DNA of 64,000 nucleotides from an uncultured Rhizobiaceae bacterium (GTDB lineage Bacteria; Pseudomonadota; Alphaproteobacteria; UBA7879; VGCX01): NCBI GenBank assembly GCA_964350815.1, contig CAYGKW010000003.1, positions 26,500 to 90,499 of the forward strand, read 5' to 3'. Shown piece by piece: positions 20,545 to 29,992 of this stretch (position 1 is its first letter; each line of letters starts with the position of its first letter). The notes under the pieces were generated by a model. It saw only the letters and a program-made list of their open reading frames with translations, ran no database searches and was not told where the DNA came from. The position numbers and the translations under genes were made by a program.

Positions 20545-21711
20545 ATGATTTTGAAGCCCAGAGAAGATTTTTTACAGTTTGCCCGCCCTACAATTACAGA
20601 TGATGAAATCACTGAAGTCGTTGAATGCCTTAAATCTGGCTGGATTACAACAGGCCCAAAGGTCAAAAGGTTCGAAGAAATGCTGGCGAATTATCACCAG
20701 GCACCACATGCTTTGTGCATTAATTCGGCGACTGCAGGTTTACACCTTGCCTTGCTTTCCCTTGATCCAAAAGAAGGGGATGAAGTTATTACAACTTCGT
20801 ATACGTTTATTGCAACGTTAAACACCATTGTTCAAGCAGGGTTCAAACCTGTTCTTGTTGATATTGATCCCAAGACCTATCAAATTGACGTTAATCAAAT
20901 TGAACAGGCCATCACACCAAAAACAAAAGCCATTTTGCCTGTGCATTATGCAGGTGCCCCAGCGGATTTAGATGTCATTTATAATTTGGCCAAAAAACAT
21001 AATCTTAAAGTTATTGAAGATGCGGCACATTCCATAGGCACAGAATATAAAGACAAGCGCATTGGAACGTTTGGCGACATCCAAGTTTTCAGTTTTCACC
21101 CAAATAAAAATATGACAACAGGTGAAGGCGGCGCCATTGTTTGCCGGGATGAAGACGCCGTTAAAAAAATGAACGTTTACAAATTTCATGGCATTGACCG
21201 TGATGCTTTTAACCGTTTTTCCAAATCAGGTTCCCAGGAATATGATGTAATTTACCCTGGGTTTAAATATAATATGTTGGATATGCAGGCAGCCTTGGGG
21301 CTTCATCAGTTACCAAAGCTTGATGGTTTTATTGAAAAACGCACCCATTTGGTCAAAAGATATTATAATTTATTGGCAGATGTGGATGAACTGATTTTGC
21401 CAGAATCCCCGTCTTACAATCATAAACATGCATGGCATTTATTTATTCCCCTTTTGGATACTGACAAGGCAGGCATGTCCCGTAATGAATTTATGGAAAA
21501 ATTAAAAGATTTAAATATTGGCACAGGTCTTCATTATCAAGCCTGTCACACATTTACATATTATAAAGAAACGTACGGATATAAAGCTGAAGATTTCCCG
21601 CATACAGAATATGTTGCAGAACGTTGCCTAAGCCTGCCCCTGTTTCCAACGATGACCGAAAAAGATCAAAATGATGTGGTTAATGCCATTAAATATGTAT
21701 TAAAAGGATAA
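20545..21711 (+). CDS. arnB: UDP-4-amino-4-deoxy-L-arabinose--oxoglutarate aminotransferase (DegT/ArnB family)
   Basis: 388 aa; FLQFARPTI...SGWITTGPK and PVHYAGAPADLD align with E. coli ArnB; AAGGAG RBS. Confidence 0.9.
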   Translation: MILKPREDFLQFARPTITDDEITEVVECLKSGWITTGPKVKRFEEMLANYHQAPHALCINSATAGLHLALLSLDPKEGDEVITTSYTFIATLNTIVQAGFKPVLVDIDPKTYQIDVNQIEQAITPKTKAILPVHYAGAPADLDVIYNLAKKHNLKVIEDAAHSIGTEYKDKRIGTFGDIQVFSFHPNKNMTTGEGGAIVCRDEDAVKKMNVYKFHGIDRDAFNRFSKSGSQEYDVIYPGFKYNMLDMQAALGLHQLPKLDGFIEKRTHLVKRYYNLLADVDELILPESPSYNHKHAWHLFIPLLDTDKAGMSRNEFMEKLKDLNIGTGLHYQACHTFTYYKETYGYKAEDFPHTEYVAERCLSLPLFPTMTEKDQNDVVNAIKYVLKG

Positions 21712-21714
21712 AAA

Positions 21715-22665
21715 ATGACAGCCCCTTATATATCAATTGTTGTGCCTGTATATAACGAAGAAGAAAGCATTGAAACACTTTCCAAAAGGCTGATGAAGGT
21801 TTTAAAAGATATAAAAAAACCGTTCGAAGTTATTTATACAAACGACGGCAGTACGGATAAATCCATTGATATTTTAAAGAAGCTTCAAAAACAACATCCC
21901 GAAGTCCGCATCATTGATTTCATGGGAAATTTTGGGCAACACATGGCCATTATGGCGGCTTTTGAAAATTGCCGGGGCGAAGTTGTTATTAATCTGGATG
22001 CGGATCTTCAAAATCCCCCAGAAGAAATCCCCAAACTTTTAGAAAAATTTGAACAGGGTCATGATGTTGTAGGAAGTTACCGCCTAAAACGCAGTGATTT
22101 CTTTTTACGCCATTGGGGCAGCCGTTTTGCCAACTGGGTGCGTGGGTTTATTACAGATGCAAAAATGCAAGACCAAGGCTGTATGTTCCGGGCCTATTCA
22201 AAACAAATTATTGATCGAATTGTTGATGGGGGCGAAAGCTCTACCTTCATTCCTGTACTTGCGTGGAAATTGGCACGAAATCCAATCGAGGTTGGTTTAC
22301 GTCACGATGCCAGGGAAGAAGGCGATTCTAAATACAGTATCTATCATTTAATTCGTGTTGCGATTGATTTGGCCACAAGTTTTTCATTGTTGCCCATTCA
22401 ATTCTTTACTTTTTTTGGGATGATTGTATCAACTTTAAGCTTTTTATTGGTTATATATTTGGGATTCCGCCGCATCTTTTTCGGCCCCGAAGTTGAAGGG
22501 GTTTTCACCCTTTTGGCCATTATAATTTTCTTAATCAGTGTTGCCATTATGGGTATTGGTATTATCGGTGAATATGTTGGCAGAACATATCAACAAGTAT
22601 CAAGAAAACAACGTTTCGTGATTCGCGAAATTATTGAAACAAAAACTAAAAAAGGAAAAGAATAA
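21715..22665 (+). CDS. arnC: undecaprenyl-phosphate 4-deoxy-4-formamido-L-arabinose transferase (GT2, ArnC-like)
   Basis: 316 aa; ISIVVPVYNEEESI, DADLQNPPEEIPKL DXD region, two C-terminal TM helices. Confidence 0.9.
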   Translation: MTAPYISIVVPVYNEEESIETLSKRLMKVLKDIKKPFEVIYTNDGSTDKSIDILKKLQKQHPEVRIIDFMGNFGQHMAIMAAFENCRGEVVINLDADLQNPPEEIPKLLEKFEQGHDVVGSYRLKRSDFFLRHWGSRFANWVRGFITDAKMQDQGCMFRAYSKQIIDRIVDGGESSTFIPVLAWKLARNPIEVGLRHDAREEGDSKYSIYHLIRVAIDLATSFSLLPIQFFTFFGMIVSTLSFLLVIYLGFRRIFFGPEVEGVFTLLAIIIFLISVAIMGIGIIGEYVGRTYQQVSRKQRFVIREIIETKTKKGKE

Positions 22666-23723
22666 TGTCAAAAAAAGTATTAATCTTAGGGGTTAACGGG
22701 TTTATTGGAAACTGGCTGACAGAAACCATTTTAAAACAAACTGACTGGCAAGTTTTTGGCATGGATATGGAACGCAATAAACTTGGGAATTGCCTTGGAG
22801 ACCCCCGTTTTAAATTTTTTGAAGGCGACATTACAATTAATAAAGAATGGATTGAATACCACATCCGCAAGTGTGATGTGGTCCTTCCTTTGGTGGCCAT
22901 TGCAAACCCTGCCATGTACGTTAAATTTCCTTTGCGTGTGTTTGAATTGGATTTTGAAGCCAACCTGGATATCGTTCGTTTGTGTGTTAAGTACAACAAA
23001 CGCATTATTTTCCCATCCACATCCGAAGTTTATGGGATGAGCCAAGATGAAAACTTTAACGAAGAAACATCAAATCTTGTTTTGGGGCCCATTCATAAAC
23101 AACGTTGGATTTATTCTTGTTCAAAACAACTATTGGATCGCGTTATTTATGCCTATGGTATTCATAATGATCTTGATTATTCAATCTTCCGTCCTTTTAA
23201 CTGGTTAGGGCCAAAAATGGATGATGTTTATGCACCAAAAGAAGGCAGTTCCCGTGCCGTTATCCAATTCATCAGCAATATCTTATTCCAACGTCCCATT
23301 AAATTGGTGGATGGGGGCAAGCAACGTCGTTGCTTTACTTATGTTCAAGATGGTGTGGATGCATTGATGAAGATTATCGAAAACAAAAATGGATCTGCGT
23401 CTCGTCAAATTTTCAATGTGGGAAATCCAAAAAATGACTATTCTATAAAAGAAGTTGTTGATATTCTGTTGGAAGTGATGAAAGATTATCCATCCCATAA
23501 ACATCTTGTTGATGCAGCAAAAGTTGAAATTATTGACAGTGCCAAGCATTTTGGAAAGCATTACGAAGATGTGTCAGCGCGTGTTCCATCCATTGAAAAT
23601 GCGCAAAAACATCTTGACTGGACACCAGGTGTTGACTTAAAAACAGCTTTGAAGAAAACATTGGATTATCATTTGATTGAGAACCCTCAAGAAATTACAG
23701 AAGAAAATAATCCAGAAAATTAA
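22665..23723 (+). CDS. UDP-glucuronic acid oxidative decarboxylase, ArnA C-terminal-domain-like (NAD-dependent epimerase/dehydratase family); no formyltransferase domain
   Basis: 352 aa; VLILGVNGFIGNWLTE and CDVVLPLVAIANPAMYVKFPLRVFELDFEANLDIVRLCVKYNKRIIFPSTSEVYGM align closely with the ArnA decarboxylase domain. Confidence 0.85.
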   Translation: MSKKVLILGVNGFIGNWLTETILKQTDWQVFGMDMERNKLGNCLGDPRFKFFEGDITINKEWIEYHIRKCDVVLPLVAIANPAMYVKFPLRVFELDFEANLDIVRLCVKYNKRIIFPSTSEVYGMSQDENFNEETSNLVLGPIHKQRWIYSCSKQLLDRVIYAYGIHNDLDYSIFRPFNWLGPKMDDVYAPKEGSSRAVIQFISNILFQRPIKLVDGGKQRRCFTYVQDGVDALMKIIENKNGSASRQIFNVGNPKNDYSIKEVVDILLEVMKDYPSHKHLVDAAKVEIIDSAKHFGKHYEDVSARVPSIENAQKHLDWTPGVDLKTALKKTLDYHLIENPQEITEENNPEN

Positions 23724-23735
23724 AGGAATATAACC

Positions 23736-24653
23736 ATGGCTAAGCTTAAAATTATGAATAATATGTCACCTAAGGTCGCGGCCTATGTTGGGTGTGCCTC
23801 TTTGGCCATGGGGATGTTAATGTTTGGTATAGGAAATGCCCTGATCAAAAAAACATCCGAAGAACTGCCTGTAATCGAAGTTGTCTTCATGCGCAGTTTG
23901 TTTTCTGTTTTCTATATGCTGATGTATCTTGTTGTAACCAAGAAATTGCATTGGCTGAAATCGCATAACCCCAAACTTCAAATCACCCGTGGTGTGGTTG
24001 GATTCTTTGGTCTGTATACTTTATTCTGGTCCTTTTCCCTTTTACCCTTGCCTGAGGCTACGGCTTTTACTTTTGCCAGCACCCCTTTTATAACAGCATT
24101 ATCTTATCCCATGCTGCGTGAACATGTTGGACTCCCAAGATGGGCCGCTGTCATTGTTGGGTTTATTGGTGTTTTAATTATTGCGCGTCCAACAGGCGAT
24201 GTCACAATGCTTGGGGCCACAGTTGCAATAACATCTGCTGCGATTGAAAGTATGATTATGGTTTGGTCCCGTCTTCTTAAAAAAGACAAGCCCATTACAA
24301 GTGTTTTTTATCACACGGCTATTATCACATTAATTGCCGCTTTCATCCTTCCCTTCCAATGGCAAACACCCAGCATGGAAAACCTACTTTCCCTTGCTGC
24401 CTTGGGTCTTGTTAGTTGCCTTGGACATATTTTTATTGTGTATGCTTACAGTATTGCCCCTGCAGTGGTTGTGGCGCCTATGCTTTATACCTTGATTATT
24501 TGGGGCGCTATGTTTGGATATATTTTCTGGGGCGAAACCTTAAGCACATCCTTAATCTTTGGGGTTCCTCTTATTGTTGCCAGTGGTGTGTATATTGTTC
24601 ACCGCGAACGTATCCGCAAGGTAGAACATGTTCAAGAGACAGAGCTAGGTTAA
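23736..24653 (+). CDS. EamA/DMT-family transporter (10 TM)
   Basis: 305 aa, two EamA repeats; paralogue of the next ORF (FFGLYTLFWSFSLLPLPEATAF vs FFQLVFLYWSFALLPMADATAI). Confidence 0.8.
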   Translation: MAKLKIMNNMSPKVAAYVGCASLAMGMLMFGIGNALIKKTSEELPVIEVVFMRSLFSVFYMLMYLVVTKKLHWLKSHNPKLQITRGVVGFFGLYTLFWSFSLLPLPEATAFTFASTPFITALSYPMLREHVGLPRWAAVIVGFIGVLIIARPTGDVTMLGATVAITSAAIESMIMVWSRLLKKDKPITSVFYHTAIITLIAAFILPFQWQTPSMENLLSLAALGLVSCLGHIFIVYAYSIAPAVVVAPMLYTLIIWGAMFGYIFWGETLSTSLIFGVPLIVASGVYIVHRERIRKVEHVQETELG

Positions 24654-24714
24654 AATCACCAAGCGTCATACCTATATAAAAAGTATCGTTTTAAACTTTT
24701 AAGAAAGCCTTGAT

Positions 24715-25617
24715 ATGACAATAAAACAACGCAGCCATACAAAAACTGTTTACCTTGGATGTTTATGTATGATTCTGGGGATGTTTTTCTTTGGAGTTAC
24801 AAATGCAGTGGCCAAAGCAACGGCAAATGACCTGCCTGCCAACGAATTGATTTTCTTTCGTGGATTGATCTCTTCTTTCTTAATGCTGATCTATGCAAAG
24901 TTTCGTAAATCTGAAAATTTATTGAAGGTTAACAACCCAAAACAACAAATTTGGCGTGGATCCCTTGGTTTTTTTCAATTGGTTTTTTTATATTGGTCTT
25001 TTGCCCTGTTGCCGATGGCTGATGCGACAGCCATATCCTTTGCCACAACTTTATTTGTTACAGCCCTTGCCTTTCCTATGCTTAAAGAAATTGTTGGGCC
25101 CCATCGTTGGACAGCCACAATCATTGGATTTTCAGGGGTGTTATTTATTGCGCACCCTTCCGGACACTTAGGATTTGAAGGCGCTGCCTTTGCAATTTTG
25201 GCAGCTTTTTTAGAAGCCGTTGTTATGATTTATGCCCGTCGCTTTGGAAAAGATACCAAGGCCTTTACAACTGTTTTTTATTACACTGCAACAACTTGTG
25301 TTATTGGGGGGCTTTTGTGCCCATTCTTTTGGGTAACCCCCACCTTAAATCAAATCTTATTAATGACTTTGCTTGGCTTTGCAGGAACAATGGGGCACAT
25401 TTTTATTGCCATGTCCTATCGCTTTGCCGAAGCCACGATTGTGGCCCCCATGTTTTACACCCTAATGATATGGGGCGTCATTTTTGGGGATATATTCTTT
25501 GGCGAAAAACCAACTTTGGATGTTTTACTTGGATCTGTTTTGATTATTGCTTGCGGGCTGTATATTGTTCACCGCGAAAGAAAAACACATCAAAAGCATA
25601 TTCCAGAACAATTATAA
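24715..25617 (+). CDS. EamA/DMT-family transporter (10 TM), tandem paralogue
   Basis: 300 aa, two EamA repeats; C-terminus YIVHRERK mirrors the YIVHRERI of the upstream paralogue. Confidence 0.8.
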   Translation: MTIKQRSHTKTVYLGCLCMILGMFFFGVTNAVAKATANDLPANELIFFRGLISSFLMLIYAKFRKSENLLKVNNPKQQIWRGSLGFFQLVFLYWSFALLPMADATAISFATTLFVTALAFPMLKEIVGPHRWTATIIGFSGVLFIAHPSGHLGFEGAAFAILAAFLEAVVMIYARRFGKDTKAFTTVFYYTATTCVIGGLLCPFFWVTPTLNQILLMTLLGFAGTMGHIFIAMSYRFAEATIVAPMFYTLMIWGVIFGDIFFGEKPTLDVLLGSVLIIACGLYIVHRERKTHQKHIPEQL

Positions 25618-25643
25618 ATCAAAGTATTTAAAAATTTGAAAGA

Positions 25644-25672
25644 TTGCATTTTTTTGCAAATAACAGTATAAA
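25644..25672 (+). promoter_or_regulatory. candidate sigma70 promoter for accBC (TTGCAT-17-TATAAA) containing palindrome TTGCA-N7-TGCAA
   Basis: Hexamer spacing read directly from sequence, about 30 nt upstream of the accB GTG start. Confidence 0.3.
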
Positions 25673-25702
25673 TTTGAATGTAAAAGATATAAAGGAGTCG
25701 TC

Positions 25703-26188
25703 GTGAGTAAAGATAAAACACCAAAAAAAGTTGGAAACTCATTCTTAAAAATTGATGCCGCTGCTGTCAAAAGCCTGGCAGACCTTTTTAAAGAAACAGA
25801 CTTAAGCGAAATCGAATACGAAGTTGATGGATGCCGGATCAAAGTTGCCCGCAATATCATGGGCCACGCACAAGTTCAAATGCCTATGGCTGCCCCGGTT
25901 GCACCTGTGGCTGAAACACCAGCCCCTGCAGTTAAATCAGACCCTGCAAACAATCCTGGCGCTGTTAAATCCCCAATGGTTGGAACGGCTTATTCTTCTT
26001 CTCAACCGGGTGCAGAACCTTATGTTAAAGTTGGATCCAAGGTAAAAGAAGGCGAAACAGTCATGATTGTTGAAGCCATGAAAGTTATGAACCAAATCCG
26101 CGCACACAAATCCGGTACGGTTACAGAAATCTTTATTCAAGACGGTACACCAGTGGAATATGACGATGTACTAATGATTGTTGAATAA
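25703..26188 (+). CDS. accB: acetyl-CoA carboxylase biotin carboxyl carrier protein
   Basis: 161 aa, GTG start with AAGGAG RBS; Ala/Pro-rich linker and biotinylation motif EAMKVMN. Confidence 0.9.
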   Translation: MSKDKTPKKVGNSFLKIDAAAVKSLADLFKETDLSEIEYEVDGCRIKVARNIMGHAQVQMPMAAPVAPVAETPAPAVKSDPANNPGAVKSPMVGTAYSSSQPGAEPYVKVGSKVKEGETVMIVEAMKVMNQIRAHKSGTVTEIFIQDGTPVEYDDVLMIVE

Positions 26189-26228
26189 GAAAATCATATA
26201 ATTCTATATTATTATCTAGAGGTATCTT

Positions 26229-27569
26229 ATGTTTAAAAAAGTTTTGATTGCCAATCGTGGAGAAATCGCCCTAAGAATTCACCGCGCCTGCCAAGACATG
26301 GGGATTAAAACTGTTGCTGTGCATTCCAAGGCTGATACAGATGCCATGCATGTACGTTTGGCGGATGAAGCCGTTTGTATTGGGCCTGCCTCAGCTGCTG
26401 AAAGTTATCTTAATATTCAATCTATAATTGCGGCTGCTGAAGTAACCGGTGCCGAAGCCATCCACCCAGGTTATGGATTTTTATCAGAAAATGCCACTTT
26501 TGCCCGTATTGTTGAAGAACATGGAATGACTTTTATTGGGCCAAAACCTGATCATATTACGTTGATGGGCGATAAAATTTCTGGCAAAAAAACGGTTGAA
26601 GAACTTGGTATTCCGGTTGTTCCTGGTTCAGATGGTGCTGTAAAAACAACAGAAGATGCCGTTAAGGTTTCCAATGGAATGGGATATCCCGTTTTGATCA
26701 AAGCCACTGCTGGTGGGGGTGGAAAAGGCATGCAAGTCGCTCAGAATGATGAAGATGTGCGGGAAAAATATACCATTGCCCGTAACGAAGCCCGCGCAAA
26801 CTTTGGCAATGACGAAGTGTTCATTGAAAAATATTTGGGACGTCCCCGCCATATTGAAATTCAGATTTTGGCAGATAATTACGGCAATGTTATTCATCTT
26901 GGTGAACGTGATTGTTCCGTTCAACGGCGTCACCAAAAAGTTTGGGAGGAAGCCCCCTCGCCAGCAATCACAGAAAAACAACGTCATGATATTGGAATGC
27001 GATGTGTCAATGCAATGAAAAAGCTTGGTTATCGTGGGCTTGGGACGGTTGAATTTTTATATGAAGACGGTCAATTCTTTTTTATTGAAATGAATACCCG
27101 GGTTCAAGTTGAACACCCTGTAACAGAAAAAGTAACTGGCGTTGACTTGGTGCGTGAACAAATCCGTGTTGCTGCCGGCGAAGCTTTGGATATAAAACAA
27201 GAAGATATAAAAATTAATGGCCATGCCATTGAATGTCGCATTAATGCCGAAGATCCCGAAACTTTCATGCCCTCCCCTGGAAAAATTGATTTTAATCATC
27301 CTCCTGGTGGTTTTGGGGTGCGTGTTGACAGTGCCATCTATACTGGATATACCATTCCCCCTTACTATGACAGCATGGTTGCAAAATTAATTGTATGGGG
27401 CCATGATCGCCATGAATGTATTACCCGAACACGTCGTGCGCTTTCAGAATATATTATCTCTGGTATAAAAACGACAATTCCTTTACACAAGAAAATCAGC
27501 CGTGATGAAAAAATGGTCAAAGGGGATTATACCATCCACTGGCTGGAACGTGAATTCTTGAAAAAATAA
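26229..27569 (+). CDS. accC: acetyl-CoA carboxylase biotin carboxylase subunit
   Basis: 446 aa; [15 protein letters not shown]-terminus, ATP-grasp, [14 protein letters not shown]. Confidence 0.95.
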   Translation: MFKKVLIANRGEIALRIHRACQDMGIKTVAVHSKADTDAMHVRLADEAVCIGPASAAESYLNIQSIIAAAEVTGAEAIHPGYGFLSENATFARIVEEHGMTFIGPKPDHITLMGDKISGKKTVEELGIPVVPGSDGAVKTTEDAVKVSNGMGYPVLIKATAGGGGKGMQVAQNDEDVREKYTIARNEARANFGNDEVFIEKYLGRPRHIEIQILADNYGNVIHLGERDCSVQRRHQKVWEEAPSPAITEKQRHDIGMRCVNAMKKLGYRGLGTVEFLYEDGQFFFIEMNTRVQVEHPVTEKVTGVDLVREQIRVAAGEALDIKQEDIKINGHAIECRINAEDPETFMPSPGKIDFNHPPGGFGVRVDSAIYTGYTIPPYYDSMVAKLIVWGHDRHECITRTRRALSEYIISGIKTTIPLHKKISRDEKMVKGDYTIHWLEREFLKK

Positions 27570-27606
27570 CAAGTTTACAACTGTTTAATAATCAAATCGG
27601 ATTTTA

Positions 27607-28719
27607 ATGAATTTTAAAAAGCTTAAATCACTTTTATTAGAAACAAGCCATATAAAAAATGAAGTTTCAAGCTTAACATCTTTTCGGTGGCTAACAGCTT
27701 TCACTGTCTTTCTTTTTCACTGTAAAATTCACTTAGGATATAATTTTGGGCTTAAGATAATTGATAAATTCCTAAGTAACGGTGCGGTCTTTATGACAGG
27801 CTTTTTTGTGCTGTCTGGATATATAATGTGTTTTGTTTATATAAATAAAGATTTTCGAAAGAAGACTGAAATTTATAACTTCTATATAAAGCGATTTGCA
27901 AGGATATACCCTGTATATTTAATAGCCACAATCACTTATTTTATTTTTATAACTCCAGAAATTCCTTATTCCAAGGGCGACTGGATTCGAATTATTGTGA
28001 ATGATTTATTCTTAGTTCAAGCATTTTTTCCTAACATGTTTCAACTTGGAATAAATGGAGGAACTTGGAGCATAAGCGTTGAAGCCTTTTTCTATTTATT
28101 ATTCCCCCTGATTTTAGTCTTATTTTCTAAAAGGTCACACATTCTATTTATAATTGCGATGGCTGCATCCTTAATTATAACAATTAATGTTGTTACTGAA
28201 AACTATGGCAGTGTCAGTAACAATATAAAAACCTTTTATTCAAATCCAGTTATGAGAGTTAGTGAATTTATGATTGGAATTTCTTTTTATTTATTACAGG
28301 CAAAAGGTAAACTGAAGAACCTCCCAAAATTTCTTAAATCTTCTGTGTTTGTTTTTTTTCTAATTTTTTGTTTAACTTGCTTAAAATTTTCTGAAGGTCC
28401 TTATTCATACATGGGACTTCAATATTTTATTACCCCTTTATTTGGGTTATTAATATTTAATTTTCACAACATAAAATATGGCCCAATAGCAAATAATAAG
28501 GTTATAAATTATTTGGGAAAGATTTCCTATTCATTTTACATGTGGCAGTTTTTGGCTATAGAACTTGGCAGATATTTAAAAGAACATTATGATACAAACT
28601 CTTGGCTTTTAATGTTATCAGCACTGTCTTTAAATATTATTTTATCTTCTGTTTCATATCACTTGATAGAAGAAAGATGCAGAAGTATTTTAATGAAAAA
28701 AATTAAAATTAAGAAATAA
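27607..28719 (+). CDS. acyltransferase family 3 (OafA/YrhL-like) integral membrane protein
   Basis: 370 aa, about 10 TM; FRWLTAFTVFLFH acyltransferase_3 N-motif; markedly AT-rich codon usage (Lys/Ile/Phe/Asn-rich). Confidence 0.7.
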   Translation: MNFKKLKSLLLETSHIKNEVSSLTSFRWLTAFTVFLFHCKIHLGYNFGLKIIDKFLSNGAVFMTGFFVLSGYIMCFVYINKDFRKKTEIYNFYIKRFARIYPVYLIATITYFIFITPEIPYSKGDWIRIIVNDLFLVQAFFPNMFQLGINGGTWSISVEAFFYLLFPLILVLFSKRSHILFIIAMAASLIITINVVTENYGSVSNNIKTFYSNPVMRVSEFMIGISFYLLQAKGKLKNLPKFLKSSVFVFFLIFCLTCLKFSEGPYSYMGLQYFITPLFGLLIFNFHNIKYGPIANNKVINYLGKISYSFYMWQFLAIELGRYLKEHYDTNSWLLMLSALSLNIILSSVSYHLIEERCRSILMKKIKIKK

Positions 28720-28762
28720 CTGCTTATGCTTAGATTACTTACCAATAGGACTATTATTATTT

Positions 28763-29752
28763 ATGACTGGATGCAGCCCATTTAGAACAGTTTACCACAA
28801 AGGTTCTGAAACGAATCATTTTAAGGATGGGCGATTTCATAATATTGATGATCAAAACCGGGGATTTTGGCCAGTTTTAAAATGGCTTATGACAAGAAAA
28901 AAGGCTGAATGGCCCGAAAACGTATCGAATAAAACTTATCCAGTCCCACCCAAAACAGTACAAGGGAACAAAGTAAAAATAACCTTTATTGGGCACATTA
29001 CATTCTTGATTCAAACCCAAGGGGTGAATATTCTAACGGATCCAGTTTGGTCTGATCATGTGGGCCCCACAAGTTGGCTTGGTCCAGATCGCACACGCCA
29101 AGCAGCCCTGAAATTAAAAGACATTCCAAAGATTGATATTATTATTTTAAGCCATGATCATTACGATCACGCGGATGTAGAAAGTTTAAAATTCTTTATT
29201 GATCGGGATAATCCCAAAATCTATACAGGTCTTGGGGTGGATAAAGCCATGCAAGCCGATGGTATTATCGGCGACTATCAGATTATGGATTGGTGGAACA
29301 CCCTACCCTTTTCTGATGTTCTGAAAATCACCTTTGTCCCTGTTCAACATTTTTCTGGCCGGGGTCTTTTCAGCCGAAATGCCACTTTGTGGGGTGGATT
29401 TGTTCTGGAAACCCCTGGTAATAAAATTTTCTTTGCGGGGGATACAGGATACTGCCCCCATTTTGCAGAAATTCATGATAAATTTGGACCCATGGATATA
29501 TCCCTCCTTCCCATTGGGGCCTATGAACCCAGGTGGTTTATGAAGCATGTTCACATGAACCCTGATGATGCTGTGATGGCGCACAAAGATTTAAAATCAA
29601 AACTTAGTATCGGCACACATTTTGGGACGTTCCAATTAACGGATGAACCCATTAACCAACCAATCAAAGACCTACAAACTGCCCTGGAAAAGCATTCTGT
29701 TAATCCAGAAAAATTCCTTACCTTGGACTTCGGCCAAGGTTCTGACTTTTAA
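28763..29752 (+). CDS. MBL-fold metallo-hydrolase (NAPE-PLD/Zn-dependent hydrolase-like)
   Basis: 329 aa; HDHYDH metal-binding motif, GDTGY, typical N-terminal KDGRFHN region. Confidence 0.75.
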   Translation: MTGCSPFRTVYHKGSETNHFKDGRFHNIDDQNRGFWPVLKWLMTRKKAEWPENVSNKTYPVPPKTVQGNKVKITFIGHITFLIQTQGVNILTDPVWSDHVGPTSWLGPDRTRQAALKLKDIPKIDIIILSHDHYDHADVESLKFFIDRDNPKIYTGLGVDKAMQADGIIGDYQIMDWWNTLPFSDVLKITFVPVQHFSGRGLFSRNATLWGGFVLETPGNKIFFAGDTGYCPHFAEIHDKFGPMDISLLPIGAYEPRWFMKHVHMNPDDAVMAHKDLKSKLSIGTHFGTFQLTDEPINQPIKDLQTALEKHSVNPEKFLTLDFGQGSDF

Positions 29753-29846
29753 TCCCTCCCTGCTTTTTACACATAGATTCTGAACTAAATTCAGAATAAT
29801 ATTCTAGTTATTGTCTCATTCTACGGCTTGGATCCCCCTCACTACC

Positions 29847-29992
29847 GTCATCGCGAGCACCAAAACGGTGCGCGGCGATCCATACTTATTTCTCAGTTAC
29901 TCCATCATTGCGAGCAGCCGCAGGATGCGCAGCGATCCACACTACAGCCCAATACTCTTTGTCATTCCAGACTTGATCCGGAATCCAGGCTG
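29847..29992. repeat. three tandem degenerate palindromic repeat units of about 57 bp (GTCATYGCGAGCA-N-GCGC-N-GCGATCCAYACT; third unit GTCATTCCAGACTTGATCCGGAATCCAGG)
   Basis: Units start at about 29847, 29903 and 29959, each an imperfect inverted repeat; GC-rich island in an AT-rich intergenic region; translated by spurious ORFs 29811..30014 and 29828..30100. Confidence 0.6.

Noticed and set aside
29847-29992. Possible CRISPR array
   Set aside because: Only three degenerate units, individually palindromic, with no unique spacers of constant length and no cas genes in the window
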